A DNA stretch of 60,538 bases, from the IMG/VR virus record IMGVR_UViG_3300034374_004534, positions 1-60,538 of that record; one strand, 5' to 3'. Within the stretch, counting starts at the first letter, position 1, and every line of letters starts with the position of its first letter. This stretch comes from a virus. Lineage: Duplodnaviria; Caudoviricetes. Below, piece by piece: positions 46,787 to 55,376 of this stretch. The position numbers and the translations under genes were made by a program. The notes below the pieces were generated by a model. It did not search any database. It was not told the origin of the DNA and saw only the letters and a program-made list of their open reading frames with translations.

Positions 46787-47388
46787 AGAATCTTTCAGAC
46801 ATCAAAGTTCGCAAGGCTATGCGTTCCAACCTCCGTACGTGGTGGAATGAGGCAACCGAATTGGAACGTGAAGCGGGAGTCATTTGGTACTCCGAGGCTC
46901 AGGCCTTCGCCAAAGAGTTGTCAGTGCGTTTCAACGTGTCCCGTGAAGTGGCGGCAGGAGTCATCTCAGCCCTTTCTCCGAACAACAAGTGGGAACGCAA
47001 CAAAATCGATGCCGTTGCAGTGTTCGAGGCAGTTCAGGCAGGCGTTCCAATGGATCGTGTGAAGGTGTGTACCTACAATTCCAACAAGGAAAAAGCCTTC
47101 GAGATTGCCAAGGGCAACCAATCCATCCTGAAGCAGTCCCCCAAGACGTATGCCTTTGCAAGGAATGTGGGAGAGATGGACGAGGCCTTCGTCACCATCG
47201 ACAAGTGGCACCTTCGGGCTTGCCAAACCATCTCCAAGAAGCCCAAGGCATGCAAGGAATCGTGCACCGCGAAGCAGTACCGCCTACTGCAGGACGACTG
47301 CCTGAAGGTAGCCGCAGAGTACGGGGTCAGTGGCCACGTCTTCCAAGCCACCATTTGGACCACCATCCGAAACCGCTGGATGGCCTGA
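46783..47388 (+). CDS. Early protein with alpha-helical DNA-glycosylase-like motifs (DUF7178-like)
   Basis: WY..A, SALSP...W..N, KT.AF, VTID.W..R, QA..W. Confidence 0.55.
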   Translation: MKNLSDIKVRKAMRSNLRTWWNEATELEREAGVIWYSEAQAFAKELSVRFNVSREVAAGVISALSPNNKWERNKIDAVAVFEAVQAGVPMDRVKVCTYNSNKEKAFEIAKGNQSILKQSPKTYAFARNVGEMDEAFVTIDKWHLRACQTISKKPKACKESCTAKQYRLLQDDCLKVAAEYGVSGHVFQATIWTTIRNRWMA

Positions 47389-47393
47389 CCATT

Positions 47394-47449
47394 AGTATCT
47401 CTTAGTACACACTCTCTTCATTTGTGAAGAGTGTGTACTTAGAGAAACT
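47394..47449 (+). repeat. Repeated intergenic hairpin, copy 2
   Basis: Same core as copy 1 with loop tttg. Confidence 0.9.
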
Positions 47450-47485
47450 TAAAGACGAAATTCACCACCACAAAATTCAATCATC

Positions 47486-47773
47486 ATGCAGAACAGCACA
47501 CCACAATTCCGAGTGTTCAAGGTCAAGTTCCTTGGGCCTACCAATCACAAAGGTGCACGAATCGGTATCTCAGAACCGCGTGCCAAGAACCTCGAGGGAA
47601 TCAAGTCCCGCAAGGTCGTCTCCTACGACTACGCCATTGGAAACATCGTGTCTCAGGGAGTGAAGGAACTTGAGGATATGGGCTTCAACGTCACGGGGTA
47701 CGGAGCAATCGACGAAGATTCATACATCATCATGTGTGACAATTGGGGCGAAGATTTTGTTGAAATCAAATGA
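47486..47773 (+). CDS. Early hypothetical protein
   Basis: VKFLGPTN.KGARI motif. Confidence 0.7.
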   Translation: MQNSTPQFRVFKVKFLGPTNHKGARIGISEPRAKNLEGIKSRKVVSYDYAIGNIVSQGVKELEDMGFNVTGYGAIDEDSYIIMCDNWGEDFVEIK

Positions 47774-47919
47774 AACGCACCCTTAAATTCGTGACATGGG
47801 AAGGGAAGCTATGGTACGTAACCCGTGAGTTCTCCGACCAACGACACCTAGACAATTACGCCGCATACATGAAGCGGAACAAGCGAATGACACTTGACGA
47901 AGTGTACGAAACTCACTGA
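47770..47919 (+). CDS. 49-aa early protein
   Basis: ATGA overlap; MKRTLKFVTW... Confidence 0.55.
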   Translation: MKRTLKFVTWEGKLWYVTREFSDQRHLDNYAAYMKRNKRMTLDEVYETH

Positions 47920-47944
47920 AAATCAACGAATTAAATCAAATCAA

Positions 47945-48280
47945 ATGGCAACACGAGCAACCATCATTGTGGAGGGACAGCCCTCCGTGAAAGCATACAA
48001 GCACTGGGACGGGTACGAAGAAGCGACCCTGCCTTGGCTTGAGGAGTTCAACAAGACCTTCACAGATGCACGGGGCGACGACCCTGACTACAAACTTGCC
48101 CAACTCCTGCGGTCAAGCGCATTCGAAGCAGAGAAGTACAATCTCGACGCATCGAGAGCCACAGGTTGGGGTGTCGTCCCCATCGACGCAGATATGTGGG
48201 AGGAGTACGAGTATCACCTCCATGCAGACGGAAGCGTGTCCGTCAAGACAGGCAAAGACATCGAACGCAAAGCAAACTGA
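47945..48280 (+). CDS. Conserved phage early protein
   Basis: M.TRA.I......Y.HWDGY...EYEY. Confidence 0.7.
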   Translation: MATRATIIVEGQPSVKAYKHWDGYEEATLPWLEEFNKTFTDARGDDPDYKLAQLLRSSAFEAEKYNLDASRATGWGVVPIDADMWEEYEYHLHADGSVSVKTGKDIERKAN

Positions 48281-48281
48281 C

Positions 48282-48614
48282 ATGAAGTACGCAAGACAAT
48301 GCTCCGTCACAGGAGAAGGCATGAACAATGGATGGGTCTTTGGAGATGGTGTGTTCTACGCCAAGTACGAGAAAGACGCCTTGGCTGAATGCCGCAAAGA
48401 CAGGGACGCTATCCTACGAGACATTGACACACTGACGTCAGAGGACATACAAGACCCCACATCGTGGTGGGAGTTTGCGTATGCGAGAGGCAGGGCCATG
48501 CAGGGCGCGGAAGATGACCATGACCTGATGACCATCGCGTTCCAGACGGACTACGCATACTACACGTCGTGGGAGGACCAAGACGACTACCAATTTGAAA
48601 CTCAAGAATTATGA
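48282..48614 (+). CDS. Early hypothetical protein
   Basis: RQC..TG.GMN.GW...YYT.W. Confidence 0.65.
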   Translation: MKYARQCSVTGEGMNNGWVFGDGVFYAKYEKDALAECRKDRDAILRDIDTLTSEDIQDPTSWWEFAYARGRAMQGAEDDHDLMTIAFQTDYAYYTSWEDQDDYQFETQEL

Positions 48615-48835
48615 CTATCGAATCACATACAGACCTCGAAATCCGCGCTGACATCAGCGATTGCTTCAACAAGGGTAGCCTCGACGACTACCGACCAAGT
48701 GCGTACCAACTGCTCGTAAAGTATCTACGTCGGACTCACGGGTTCACAGACGATCATATTGACGAGGTAGTGGACCGACTCGAAGAGCAGGTAGCAGAAC
48801 ACATCATTGAAATCATCGAATCCAAGCAAGCATGA
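48611..48835 (+). CDS. Early hypothetical protein
   Basis: ATGA-coupled chain. Confidence 0.6.
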   Translation: MTIESHTDLEIRADISDCFNKGSLDDYRPSAYQLLVKYLRRTHGFTDDHIDEVVDRLEEQVAEHIIEIIESKQA

Positions 48836-49059
48836 CTAAATCAAACTTCCCCACCCTCGGCTCAGCCGTCCTGCACCTTAGCGGATATCACCACGGCGAG
48901 TTCCTCGACCGCTTGAACGTAGTCGCACGTCACGACCCAGAGTGGGTGCGCAACATCGCTGACATCATGATGGCGTTCGATTGGCAGAGCGAAGAGGAGA
49001 AAAAAATGATGCTCAAGTGGTCACTCAGGGAAAAATTCACACAAGCAGTAAACGCATGA
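48832..49059 (+). CDS. Early hypothetical protein
   Basis: ATGA-coupled chain. Confidence 0.6.
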   Translation: MTKSNFPTLGSAVLHLSGYHHGEFLDRLNVVARHDPEWVRNIADIMMAFDWQSEEEKKMMLKWSLREKFTQAVNA

Positions 49060-49238
49060 ACAAGTCCACACTACAAGATTGCCTCGCCATGTTCGAGCGG
49101 CTCGACATCCACGCTGAAATCGAAGACGGGGCCATCCTCGTCCAGACCATCAACCCAGACGTGTACGTGCAAATCTCCAAGCAGGAAGTCATTTGGCGAG
49201 CAGACCAGTACCTCGAACATCAAAAACAAGAATCATGA
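49056..49238 (+). CDS. Early hypothetical protein
   Basis: ATGA-coupled; MNKSTL... Confidence 0.6.
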   Translation: MNKSTLQDCLAMFERLDIHAEIEDGAILVQTINPDVYVQISKQEVIWRADQYLEHQKQES

Positions 49239-49447
49239 CACAAGAACAATGCGAACGCGCCGTCAAGGCACTACATGACGAAGGCTTCACTGCATCTTAC
49301 ATCCAAGGAGCACCTGACGACCACGGAGTGTGGATTGACATGGTGTGGAACGACGACATGAAGGATGCCTTCAACTTCCGAATCCACCCTGAAGAAATCA
49401 TCTTTTGGGAGTCCCATATCACCATCACACAACAGCAAAATGATTGA
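49235..49447 (+). CDS. Early hypothetical protein
   Basis: ATGA-coupled; MTQEQC... Confidence 0.6.
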   Translation: MTQEQCERAVKALHDEGFTASYIQGAPDDHGVWIDMVWNDDMKDAFNFRIHPEEIIFWESHITITQQQND

Positions 49448-49598
49448 ACAACACACATTGGACCGCCTCCGTGAACGTCAGAAGTTTTCGGGTGGCTTCG
49501 AGACAAGCCTCATCGAAACCTACCTCAAGGCAGACGGAAACAACAAGCGTATACTCGAAGAGGCCTTCAGGGGCACAATGTTTGACCTGACGGACTAA
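49440..49598 (+). CDS. Early hypothetical protein
   Basis: GGF...L...Y..AD..N...L..AF motif. Confidence 0.6.
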   Translation: MIEQHTLDRLRERQKFSGGFETSLIETYLKADGNNKRILEEAFRGTMFDLTD

Positions 49599-49607
49599 CG
49601 TATGAAA

Positions 49608-49671
49608 AAGGGAGCGCAGTCGGTGCGTACATCTACGGATGGCAGTTGTGTTCGAATCCCAACCTCCCTTC
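49608..49671 (+). ncRNA. Miniature tRNA-like RNA without canonical anticodon arm
   Basis: AAGGGAG/CTCCCTT stem, CGCA-GTCGG-TGCG, CATC-TACG-GATG, GTTCGAATC T loop. Confidence 0.55.
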
Positions 49672-49675
49672 CTTA

Positions 49676-49761
49676 CCGCCCCGAATGATTTGAGTCTCTA
49701 CCCTGTCTGGTGAGGTGGGGCAACCTGTCATGTAAGTGATTAAACTGGGTTTCGGCGGCGG
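49676..49761 (+). ncRNA. Putative structured RNA
   Basis: Closing stem CCGCC-CCGAA/TTCGG-c-GGCGG, inner CTCTACC/GGTGGGG. Confidence 0.35.
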
Positions 49762-49826
49762 CATGTTTGCATGAAAGTCCCCATTAAGGTTGTCAACGAC
49801 TGACGGCTCGGAAAGACGAGCACTAT

Positions 49827-49909
49827 GAGCGGGGAATCACTCTGGGAGTGCGGCGATGAAGGTTCGTCGTTAGAAATCCCCAACTGAGGTTCGAATCCTC
49901 CCCCGCTCA
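49827..49909 (+). ncRNA. Non-canonical tRNA-like RNA (8/4-type acceptor/T stack)
   Basis: GAGCGGGG/CCCCGCTC-A, CACTC-TGG-GAGTG, GGCGATG-AAGGTT-CGTCGTT, GAGG-TTCGAAT-CCTC. Confidence 0.55.
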
Positions 49910-49923
49910 CTTAATTCAATCAC

Positions 49924-50925
49924 ATGACATACGAAGAAATACTTGAAACCCCACCGCAACCCGTGGTGTACTCAATTGAATTCCCCAACGGAATGTTCTA
50001 CGTGGGGAGGAGTGTGGACGTGTCAAGGCGTGCGAAGAAGCACTTCCAAACATCCATGCTTTACAAGCACGACAACCTCGCAATGAACAGATGCTTCGTG
50101 AAGTACAAGGATGGGGTCGTGTGGGACATTGTACGATCGTTTGATAGCGCAGAAGATGCCATTGACTTTGAGTCAGCTTACATTGAGGAATTCTGGGATG
50201 ACCCCATGTTCCTGAACCAGAAACGTGGAGACAAGATTGACGCCTTGTACAATGAGCGTAGACACACCAAGCCTGTGTGGTACATGAACCCGTACACTGG
50301 TGGTATGTGGCGCGACGAAACAGCGTCGACCATGAGAAAGGTCATGGGTCATGCGGGTTACGGCAAGCCAAAGGGCTGGGGTCACATTGCAAAGGGCAAT
50401 ACTCCAGAAGAGTGCAGAACAGATGCAGAGCGCATCCTTAAACGTGACTTCAAAAAGCTGTGCATTCAGGTACACAGGAACTCCACTCCTACATGCAAGG
50501 CCATGTCTGAATCATACCTGAAGAAGCACAGGGAGAAGCTACGCATCAAGGCCATCAAACGCAAGATGATTGTGAAAGACCTAAAGACAGGCAGGGTGTG
50601 GCTATCCAAGAAGTCAGATCTAACTGGAGCTCAATCACGTGTGAGGACAGAAGGTGTCCGCCCATGGAGTGAGTACAGCGTGAGAGGATATGGTCAAGCA
50701 TGGCCTGAATTCAAGCCCGCCAAGCGGGGGTGGTGTGCCGCCCGTGCCGTTGTAGCCATAGTTCCTGACGGAACAGCGATCACATACGAAAGTGTGGGCA
50801 AGGCGGTGCGTGACCTATTCGAGGTGGAGGACAAAGCAAAGAAAAAGCATTTGTCCAAAGCCATTCGCCTTGCGATTAAACGCAACGGCAGTGCATACGG
50901 ATACAAATGGAAATACGAAAAATGA
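49924..50925 (+). CDS. GIY-YIG endonuclease with NUMOD1-like C-terminus (possible homing endonuclease)
   Basis: VVYSI...FYVG.S....R...H...E..YI...LN; terminal YES...A.R...AYGYKWKY. Confidence 0.7.
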   Translation: MTYEEILETPPQPVVYSIEFPNGMFYVGRSVDVSRRAKKHFQTSMLYKHDNLAMNRCFVKYKDGVVWDIVRSFDSAEDAIDFESAYIEEFWDDPMFLNQKRGDKIDALYNERRHTKPVWYMNPYTGGMWRDETASTMRKVMGHAGYGKPKGWGHIAKGNTPEECRTDAERILKRDFKKLCIQVHRNSTPTCKAMSESYLKKHREKLRIKAIKRKMIVKDLKTGRVWLSKKSDLTGAQSRVRTEGVRPWSEYSVRGYGQAWPEFKPAKRGWCAARAVVAIVPDGTAITYESVGKAVRDLFEVEDKAKKKHLSKAIRLAIKRNGSAYGYKWKYEK

Positions 50926-51110
50926 GATACGATTCAATCATGAGTGCCAACCCACTCGATCACGAGTACCGTGTCAAGGTTGAGCACATCTTCAGGGAAG
51001 CTCCAGAAGCCTCGAAGCAGTTGGAGAAGCACCTGAAGCACTCACCGCAACTCAAAAGCGTAGTAGTCGACTGCGTGAACTCAATCTTTAATGCATCCAT
51101 CAATGGATAA
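50922..51110 (+). CDS. Hypothetical protein
   Basis: ATGA overlap. Confidence 0.5.
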   Translation: MRYDSIMSANPLDHEYRVKVEHIFREAPEASKQLEKHLKHSPQLKSVVVDCVNSIFNASING

Positions 51111-51252
51111 AAACTACACACCCCAAACACAGGCGGAGCTATGCCTCGAATGGCTCTGCAATCAAATCAAGGGCTACGAATTCAAGGTAGAAGAACTTGG
51201 AGAGGACGTGGTCACAGTCATCAATCAAATCGTAAATCGTTACTCATCATGA
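51103..51252 (+). CDS. Small hypothetical protein (about 49 aa)
   Basis: Fills gap; ATGA overlap with next gene. Confidence 0.4.
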   Translation: MDKNYTPQTQAELCLEWLCNQIKGYEFKVEELGEDVVTVINQIVNRYSS

Positions 51253-52097
51253 ACCCACTACAAAGCGCAAAGCAAGAGCTTGAAGCAAGCATCCGTTACT
51301 GCGAGAATGCTATGTCATCAGCGAAACAAACCATCGAATCAATGAAGAAGTATCAGCAACAGACAGGTCGTGAGGAGGCTCTCGAACGTGAGCTTGCAGA
51401 CATGACGGGGGAACGCAACGCTAGAGCCAAGCGAATTGTCGAGCTGAAGCAAGAGGTCAAGGACCTCAAGGTCGAGAACACGAAGCTCAATGACCGACTC
51501 ATGATTTCAATGAAAGAAGTTGGGCAACTTCAAAGTGAAGTCGATGAGCTTGAACACGCATACAACAACATGAAGCAATACGCTGACAGGCTTCTCGACG
51601 AGAACGTAGGGGTTGGCGAGGGCAACGAGGAACTCAAGACCAACATGGCCCTGATGACAGACGAGCTTGAAGAGTTGCGAGGCATTATTGACAGGATGGG
51701 CGACGACTCCACAGGAGATTCAGTCACCATCAAGCAGCTTCGTAGAGAACTCGACGAGTTGTCCAAGGCATACAAGGACTCCACCCACGAGGAGGTCACC
51801 ATGAAGAAAGCATGGCGTGAGCAACGTGAGATTGTAGCCCTGCGTGACGACCAGATTGCCATGCTTGAGCGACGACTCGCCAAGCAGACAGGAGAGAAGG
51901 CCTACCCGTTCAAGGAGGGCGACATCTACTACGTCTTCAACGGCCTCGACGGCACATGGATTGAGTCGGTGTGGGATGACGAGTCAGAACGCATCCACGA
52001 CAGCCCGAACATCCCAAGCCGCCCACACAGGGTGTACTTTACGGTCGATCAGAAGCACGTACTCGACCAATTCAAACCCGAAGATGTCAATGAATGA
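51249..52097 (+). CDS. Long coiled-coil protein
   Basis: Heptad-rich; C-terminal YPF.EGD.YY......ES.WD.ES domain; start MNPLQ. Confidence 0.7.
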   Translation: MNPLQSAKQELEASIRYCENAMSSAKQTIESMKKYQQQTGREEALERELADMTGERNARAKRIVELKQEVKDLKVENTKLNDRLMISMKEVGQLQSEVDELEHAYNNMKQYADRLLDENVGVGEGNEELKTNMALMTDELEELRGIIDRMGDDSTGDSVTIKQLRRELDELSKAYKDSTHEEVTMKKAWREQREIVALRDDQIAMLERRLAKQTGEKAYPFKEGDIYYVFNGLDGTWIESVWDDESERIHDSPNIPSRPHRVYFTVDQKHVLDQFKPEDVNE

Positions 52098-52169
52098 CCT
52101 GACATTTCAAACAAACTCGTAAGGCAATAACCTTACACAACACAACGTAAACTACTTAAAATCAATACA

Positions 52170-52619
52170 ATGGAACTTAATTCAGCACAAAGAGAGCTCG
52201 CACGCCTCAAGGACAGCCTCATCAAAAGCCACGAACGCGGAATGCGCATTCTCGAAAAGACGATGGGCCGCGTAGGACACCACAACATGGTTCACACAAA
52301 GCACCTTGATAGAGCCATCATCAATCTTGAGAAAGAGAACGAACAACTTCGCGAAACCATTGACAAGCTCACTGATGAAATGCAACTCATCAAGAATCTC
52401 AACACGCCCAAAATCAAAAGTCGGTACAGGTACACTAGGGAAGAAATCGTAGAGGCACTTATTCAGGCAGAGGGTGTACGAGAGAGAGCTGCAGAAAACC
52501 TTGGGATCAACAAGTTCTCCCTGTATCGCTACATCCGAGTGATGGATATCAACGTCCCCACAAAGCGCCGCAAGAAAATCATCAACGGAGTGACCACATA
52601 CGTCAAGGTAAAATCATGA
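52170..52619 (+). CDS. Coiled coil plus Fis-type HTH protein
   Basis: I..AL....G....AA..LGI....LYR. Confidence 0.7.
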   Translation: MELNSAQRELARLKDSLIKSHERGMRILEKTMGRVGHHNMVHTKHLDRAIINLEKENEQLRETIDKLTDEMQLIKNLNTPKIKSRYRYTREEIVEALIQAEGVRERAAENLGINKFSLYRYIRVMDINVPTKRRKKIINGVTTYVKVKS

Positions 52620-53044
52620 GACGCAGAACAAAAAGAATCAAGAAGCGGTTCCGAGTGCGCTTTCACTTGGGCAAGGGTGCAAACTACATGCACTGGCAGG
52701 TAACCGACCGAGGCATCATGTCAGACTCTGGCGATGCTCGTGAGTACTACAGCCCCGACAAGGTTGAGATTGTGATGCATGGTGCCAAGCTCGGTAACCA
52801 AGTGTCCACCGCTCTCAAAATCTTCGAGGGCGAGAACAAGACTGTGTGTGCTTGGGTTGAGTGCGACGCTGTTGACATCAACTACAAGGCCTCCAAGGTG
52901 TTCGAAGAGGCTGACGTCACGAACCTTGAGCGCATCATGTACAACCCACGTAAGAACCCGCATTGGTTCACCGAAGATGACCACAACATCGACGACAAAG
53001 AATTCAGAAAACTCACAACGAAACAAAACAAAATCTATGGCTAA
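52616..53044 (+). CDS. Conserved phage hypothetical protein
   Basis: RFHLG.G.NY.HWQ, K.VCAW, YNP.K.P.W. Confidence 0.65.
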   Translation: MRRRTKRIKKRFRVRFHLGKGANYMHWQVTDRGIMSDSGDAREYYSPDKVEIVMHGAKLGNQVSTALKIFEGENKTVCAWVECDAVDINYKASKVFEEADVTNLERIMYNPRKNPHWFTEDDHNIDDKEFRKLTTKQNKIYG

Positions 53045-53402
53045 TTCACTCTTCTCCCTCCACGCTTACCTCAAGGAAGGCATCTGGATGTTCGACGACG
53101 AATCACGCAACATCAAGGAAGAGCCATTCGTGGCAGGTGCAGACATCATGTTCGACATCATGAGCGGACGTGAGGCCGATCCCACGATCGAGTCCTGCAG
53201 CATTGTGTTCGGTGCCACACCAATCCCAGATCATGACATTCACGTGACACTCTTCGACGAGGATGGTCACGATGGACACTTCTACTTGGTCGAGAAATTT
53301 AAGCAGTTCCCCGACATGAAGGGGTTCACCTTCTGGCTGTGCCCCGCACTGCTTCAGTTCTTTGAGATTGCACCTACAGACATCTTCGTATCCCTCAAGT
53401 AA
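53037..53402 (+). CDS. DUF6717-like protein
   Basis: W.FDD.....EPFV.GAD, WLCPAL..FF..AP..I. Confidence 0.6.
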   Translation: MANSLFSLHAYLKEGIWMFDDESRNIKEEPFVAGADIMFDIMSGREADPTIESCSIVFGATPIPDHDIHVTLFDEDGHDGHFYLVEKFKQFPDMKGFTFWLCPALLQFFEIAPTDIFVSLK

Positions 53403-53554
53403 TGCCCAAGCCTCCCAAGAAGCTCGGACTACCTCAGGGTAGGGCCGACCTCAACCACCCCAAGAACCAGCACTCTCCACGAGCCCGTCGCCGCAAGATG
53501 CAACGGTTCCTTGACAAGAACTTCCCAATCAAAGATTCAGAAAACAATGAGTGA
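53402..53554 (+). CDS. 50-aa basic protein
   Basis: TAATG coupling; MPKPPKKLG... Confidence 0.45.
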   Translation: MPKPPKKLGLPQGRADLNHPKNQHSPRARRRKMQRFLDKNFPIKDSENNE

Positions 53555-53927
53555 TTACACAGGCCTCCTCCTGTCTGCCATGGAGTTCCCGCTAGACGAG
53601 GACCACCACGCAGACGTAGCCAAGAAGATGGTCATCAGCGACATAGAAAATATGGGCGACGAGGACTTTCTAACTCAGAAGTCTTCGGATATTTGCGCCT
53701 CTTTTATGAAGGTGTGCGTGGACTCATCCTACGAACAGCTCAACGAGATCAAGTCCATCATGGAGGCTGAGACAGAGCTAGACGATATGGGAGTCGGTGA
53801 TGATCAGACACGTGTGGATCTCTGGGCTGTTACCCGAGCCGTGCACAACAACTACTCTATGGGCATGTCCGTCCTTTCCCACTACATGCAAATCTTCGAA
53901 CATCTAAAATCCAAGTACTATGAATGA
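53547..53927 (+). CDS. Acidic hypothetical protein
   Basis: Start MSDYTG. Confidence 0.6.
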   Translation: MSDYTGLLLSAMEFPLDEDHHADVAKKMVISDIENMGDEDFLTQKSSDICASFMKVCVDSSYEQLNEIKSIMEAETELDDMGVGDDQTRVDLWAVTRAVHNNYSMGMSVLSHYMQIFEHLKSKYYE

Positions 53928-54393
53928 ATTTCTTGAAGAGGTACGAGCCGAGTACGAAAAGCGGCAGGAGTACAAGATCAACCCATCCCGCCTTCGGGAG
54001 AACGTAGAGCACAAGGCTGCCATCTCCAATGCGGTGCGACCCTTCTCCACGTTCAAGGAGATTGGCAAGCTGTTCGACATGAACCACTCATCGATCGTGC
54101 ACTACAGCCGTGAGCACCTTGGCCTCATGCAGTGGTCACCAGCATACCGATTCAACTACGGTATTGCAATGGCCTGTGTGAAGAAAGTGTCAACGGACAT
54201 GGACGTCATCCCCCTCGACAACAGGTACATGGATGGCCACAAGCAGCTGAAACAGCTGGACAGTATTCTGGAATGGGTGACAGACATGCGGGAACAAGTG
54301 ATCGAAAAACTTGACGGAAAGTACAATGATCACTACATTTGCAATGTCGAAGACGAATCACCTCAAAACGTTGAGGGCAAACAAGACAACTAA
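53920..54393 (+). CDS. HTH protein (DnaA C-terminal-like)
   Basis: T..EIG..F..NHSSIVH. Confidence 0.6.
   Translation: MNEFLEEVRAEYEKRQEYKINPSRLRENVEHKAAISNAVRPFSTFKEIGKLFDMNHSSIVHYSREHLGLMQWSPAYRFNYGIAMACVKKVSTDMDVIPLDNRYMDGHKQLKQLDSILEWVTDMREQVIEKLDGKYNDHYICNVEDESPQNVEGKQDN
54311..54341 (+). promoter_or_regulatory. Promoter TTGAC-N18-TACATTTG for the recombination/replication module
   Basis: Exact -7 box with TTG element upstream. Confidence 0.65.
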
Positions 54394-54404
54394 TTCAATT
54401 CAAT

Positions 54405-54959
54405 ATGAACAACTACAAGTTCAAGACCACGAACATCCGTGGCAAGCAGTACGTTGAAGTCAACGAACGCATCAAGTTCTTCCGTCAGGAGGAGCAGTAC
54501 AAGAACTGGGGCATCCTCACAGACTTCCCCCTCATCGACTCTGATCAGTGCATGTGTGTGTGCTCTATCGTAACCCCCGAGGGTAACGTCGTATCCCAAG
54601 GCACAGCACACGAGGTGCGTAGTGCATCCAACATCAACAAGACCAGCTATGTCGAAAACTGTGAGACCTCCGCAATCGGACGAGCTCTTGCCATGCTCGG
54701 AATCGGTATCGACACTTCAATTGCGTCAGCTAATGAGGTTGAAGATGCAATCGCGCAGCAGCAGGCCATGGTCGACAACCCTCACGTCCAGAAGCTTAGC
54801 AAAGCTCTCGATGCGCCAGTCGAGAACATCATGGACAAAGCGGTGAACTACATCAAGGGTCAGGCTGACAAGCAGAAGGCCTTCGATTCTATCATGAAGA
54901 AGTACAGCTCTCAGCTTACTGAGAAGCAGGTTACGGGACTCAAGAAGTTCGTGCGATGA
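54405..54959 (+). CDS. Putative ssDNA-annealing recombinase (Rad52/Sak-like)
   Basis: GK.YV.V.ERI, G.A.E, EN.ETSAIGRALA.LG; near exonuclease and SSB. Confidence 0.6.
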   Translation: MNNYKFKTTNIRGKQYVEVNERIKFFRQEEQYKNWGILTDFPLIDSDQCMCVCSIVTPEGNVVSQGTAHEVRSASNINKTSYVENCETSAIGRALAMLGIGIDTSIASANEVEDAIAQQQAMVDNPHVQKLSKALDAPVENIMDKAVNYIKGQADKQKAFDSIMKKYSSQLTEKQVTGLKKFVR

Positions 54960-55243
54960 GCAGCTGTTCTGTGAACAAGAACGGCATCTTCATAAGTATG
55001 GAAAATCGTGGTAAGGACAAGAAGCTTGTCCCTTGGGCTCTCATAAAGCGCGACGTGATCTATCCATCTGTGAGGCACTGCGTGTGCGAGGAGCACGGAA
55101 TTGACACCTACCTCGTAGATAAGTCGATAGCAGGCAACCGAATCCGTCGGTTGTTTGCTAGCGAACGTGAAGCACTCAAGGCTCTGGACATGTTCCTCAT
55201 CTCAAATGGGAAGGAACCCCGACACGTACTTAAGAGAGCATAA
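54956..55243 (+). CDS. Hypothetical, possibly AP2-like DNA-binding protein
   Basis: F.SEREA..A.D..LI..GKEP. Confidence 0.5.
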   Translation: MSSCSVNKNGIFISMENRGKDKKLVPWALIKRDVIYPSVRHCVCEEHGIDTYLVDKSIAGNRIRRLFASEREALKALDMFLISNGKEPRHVLKRA

Positions 55244-55249
55244 TTAGAC

Positions 55250-55375
55250 ATGACTGAGTTAGTTCAGTGCAGCAGATGTTTAGCCATGCAGCAGGCAGAC
55301 ATCAGCGAAACGATAGCGATCACTTGTCATTTCTGCGGAGAAACTGACGCTGCATTTACAGAAGATTTTATTTAA
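55250..55375 (+). CDS. 41-aa zinc-finger peptide (not in ORF track)
   Basis: CSRC...CHFC. Confidence 0.5.
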   Translation: MTELVQCSRCLAMQQADISETIAITCHFCGETDAAFTEDFI

Positions 55376-55376
55376 C

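Noticed and set aside
46374-47449. CRISPR array from the repeated palindromes
   Set aside because: Only two copies, 1020 bp apart with genes between; no cas genes
49800-49821. Hammerhead ribozyme (CTGA...GAAA)
   Set aside because: CTGACGG lacks the CUGANGA core and GAAA lies in a hairpin loop rather than after stem II
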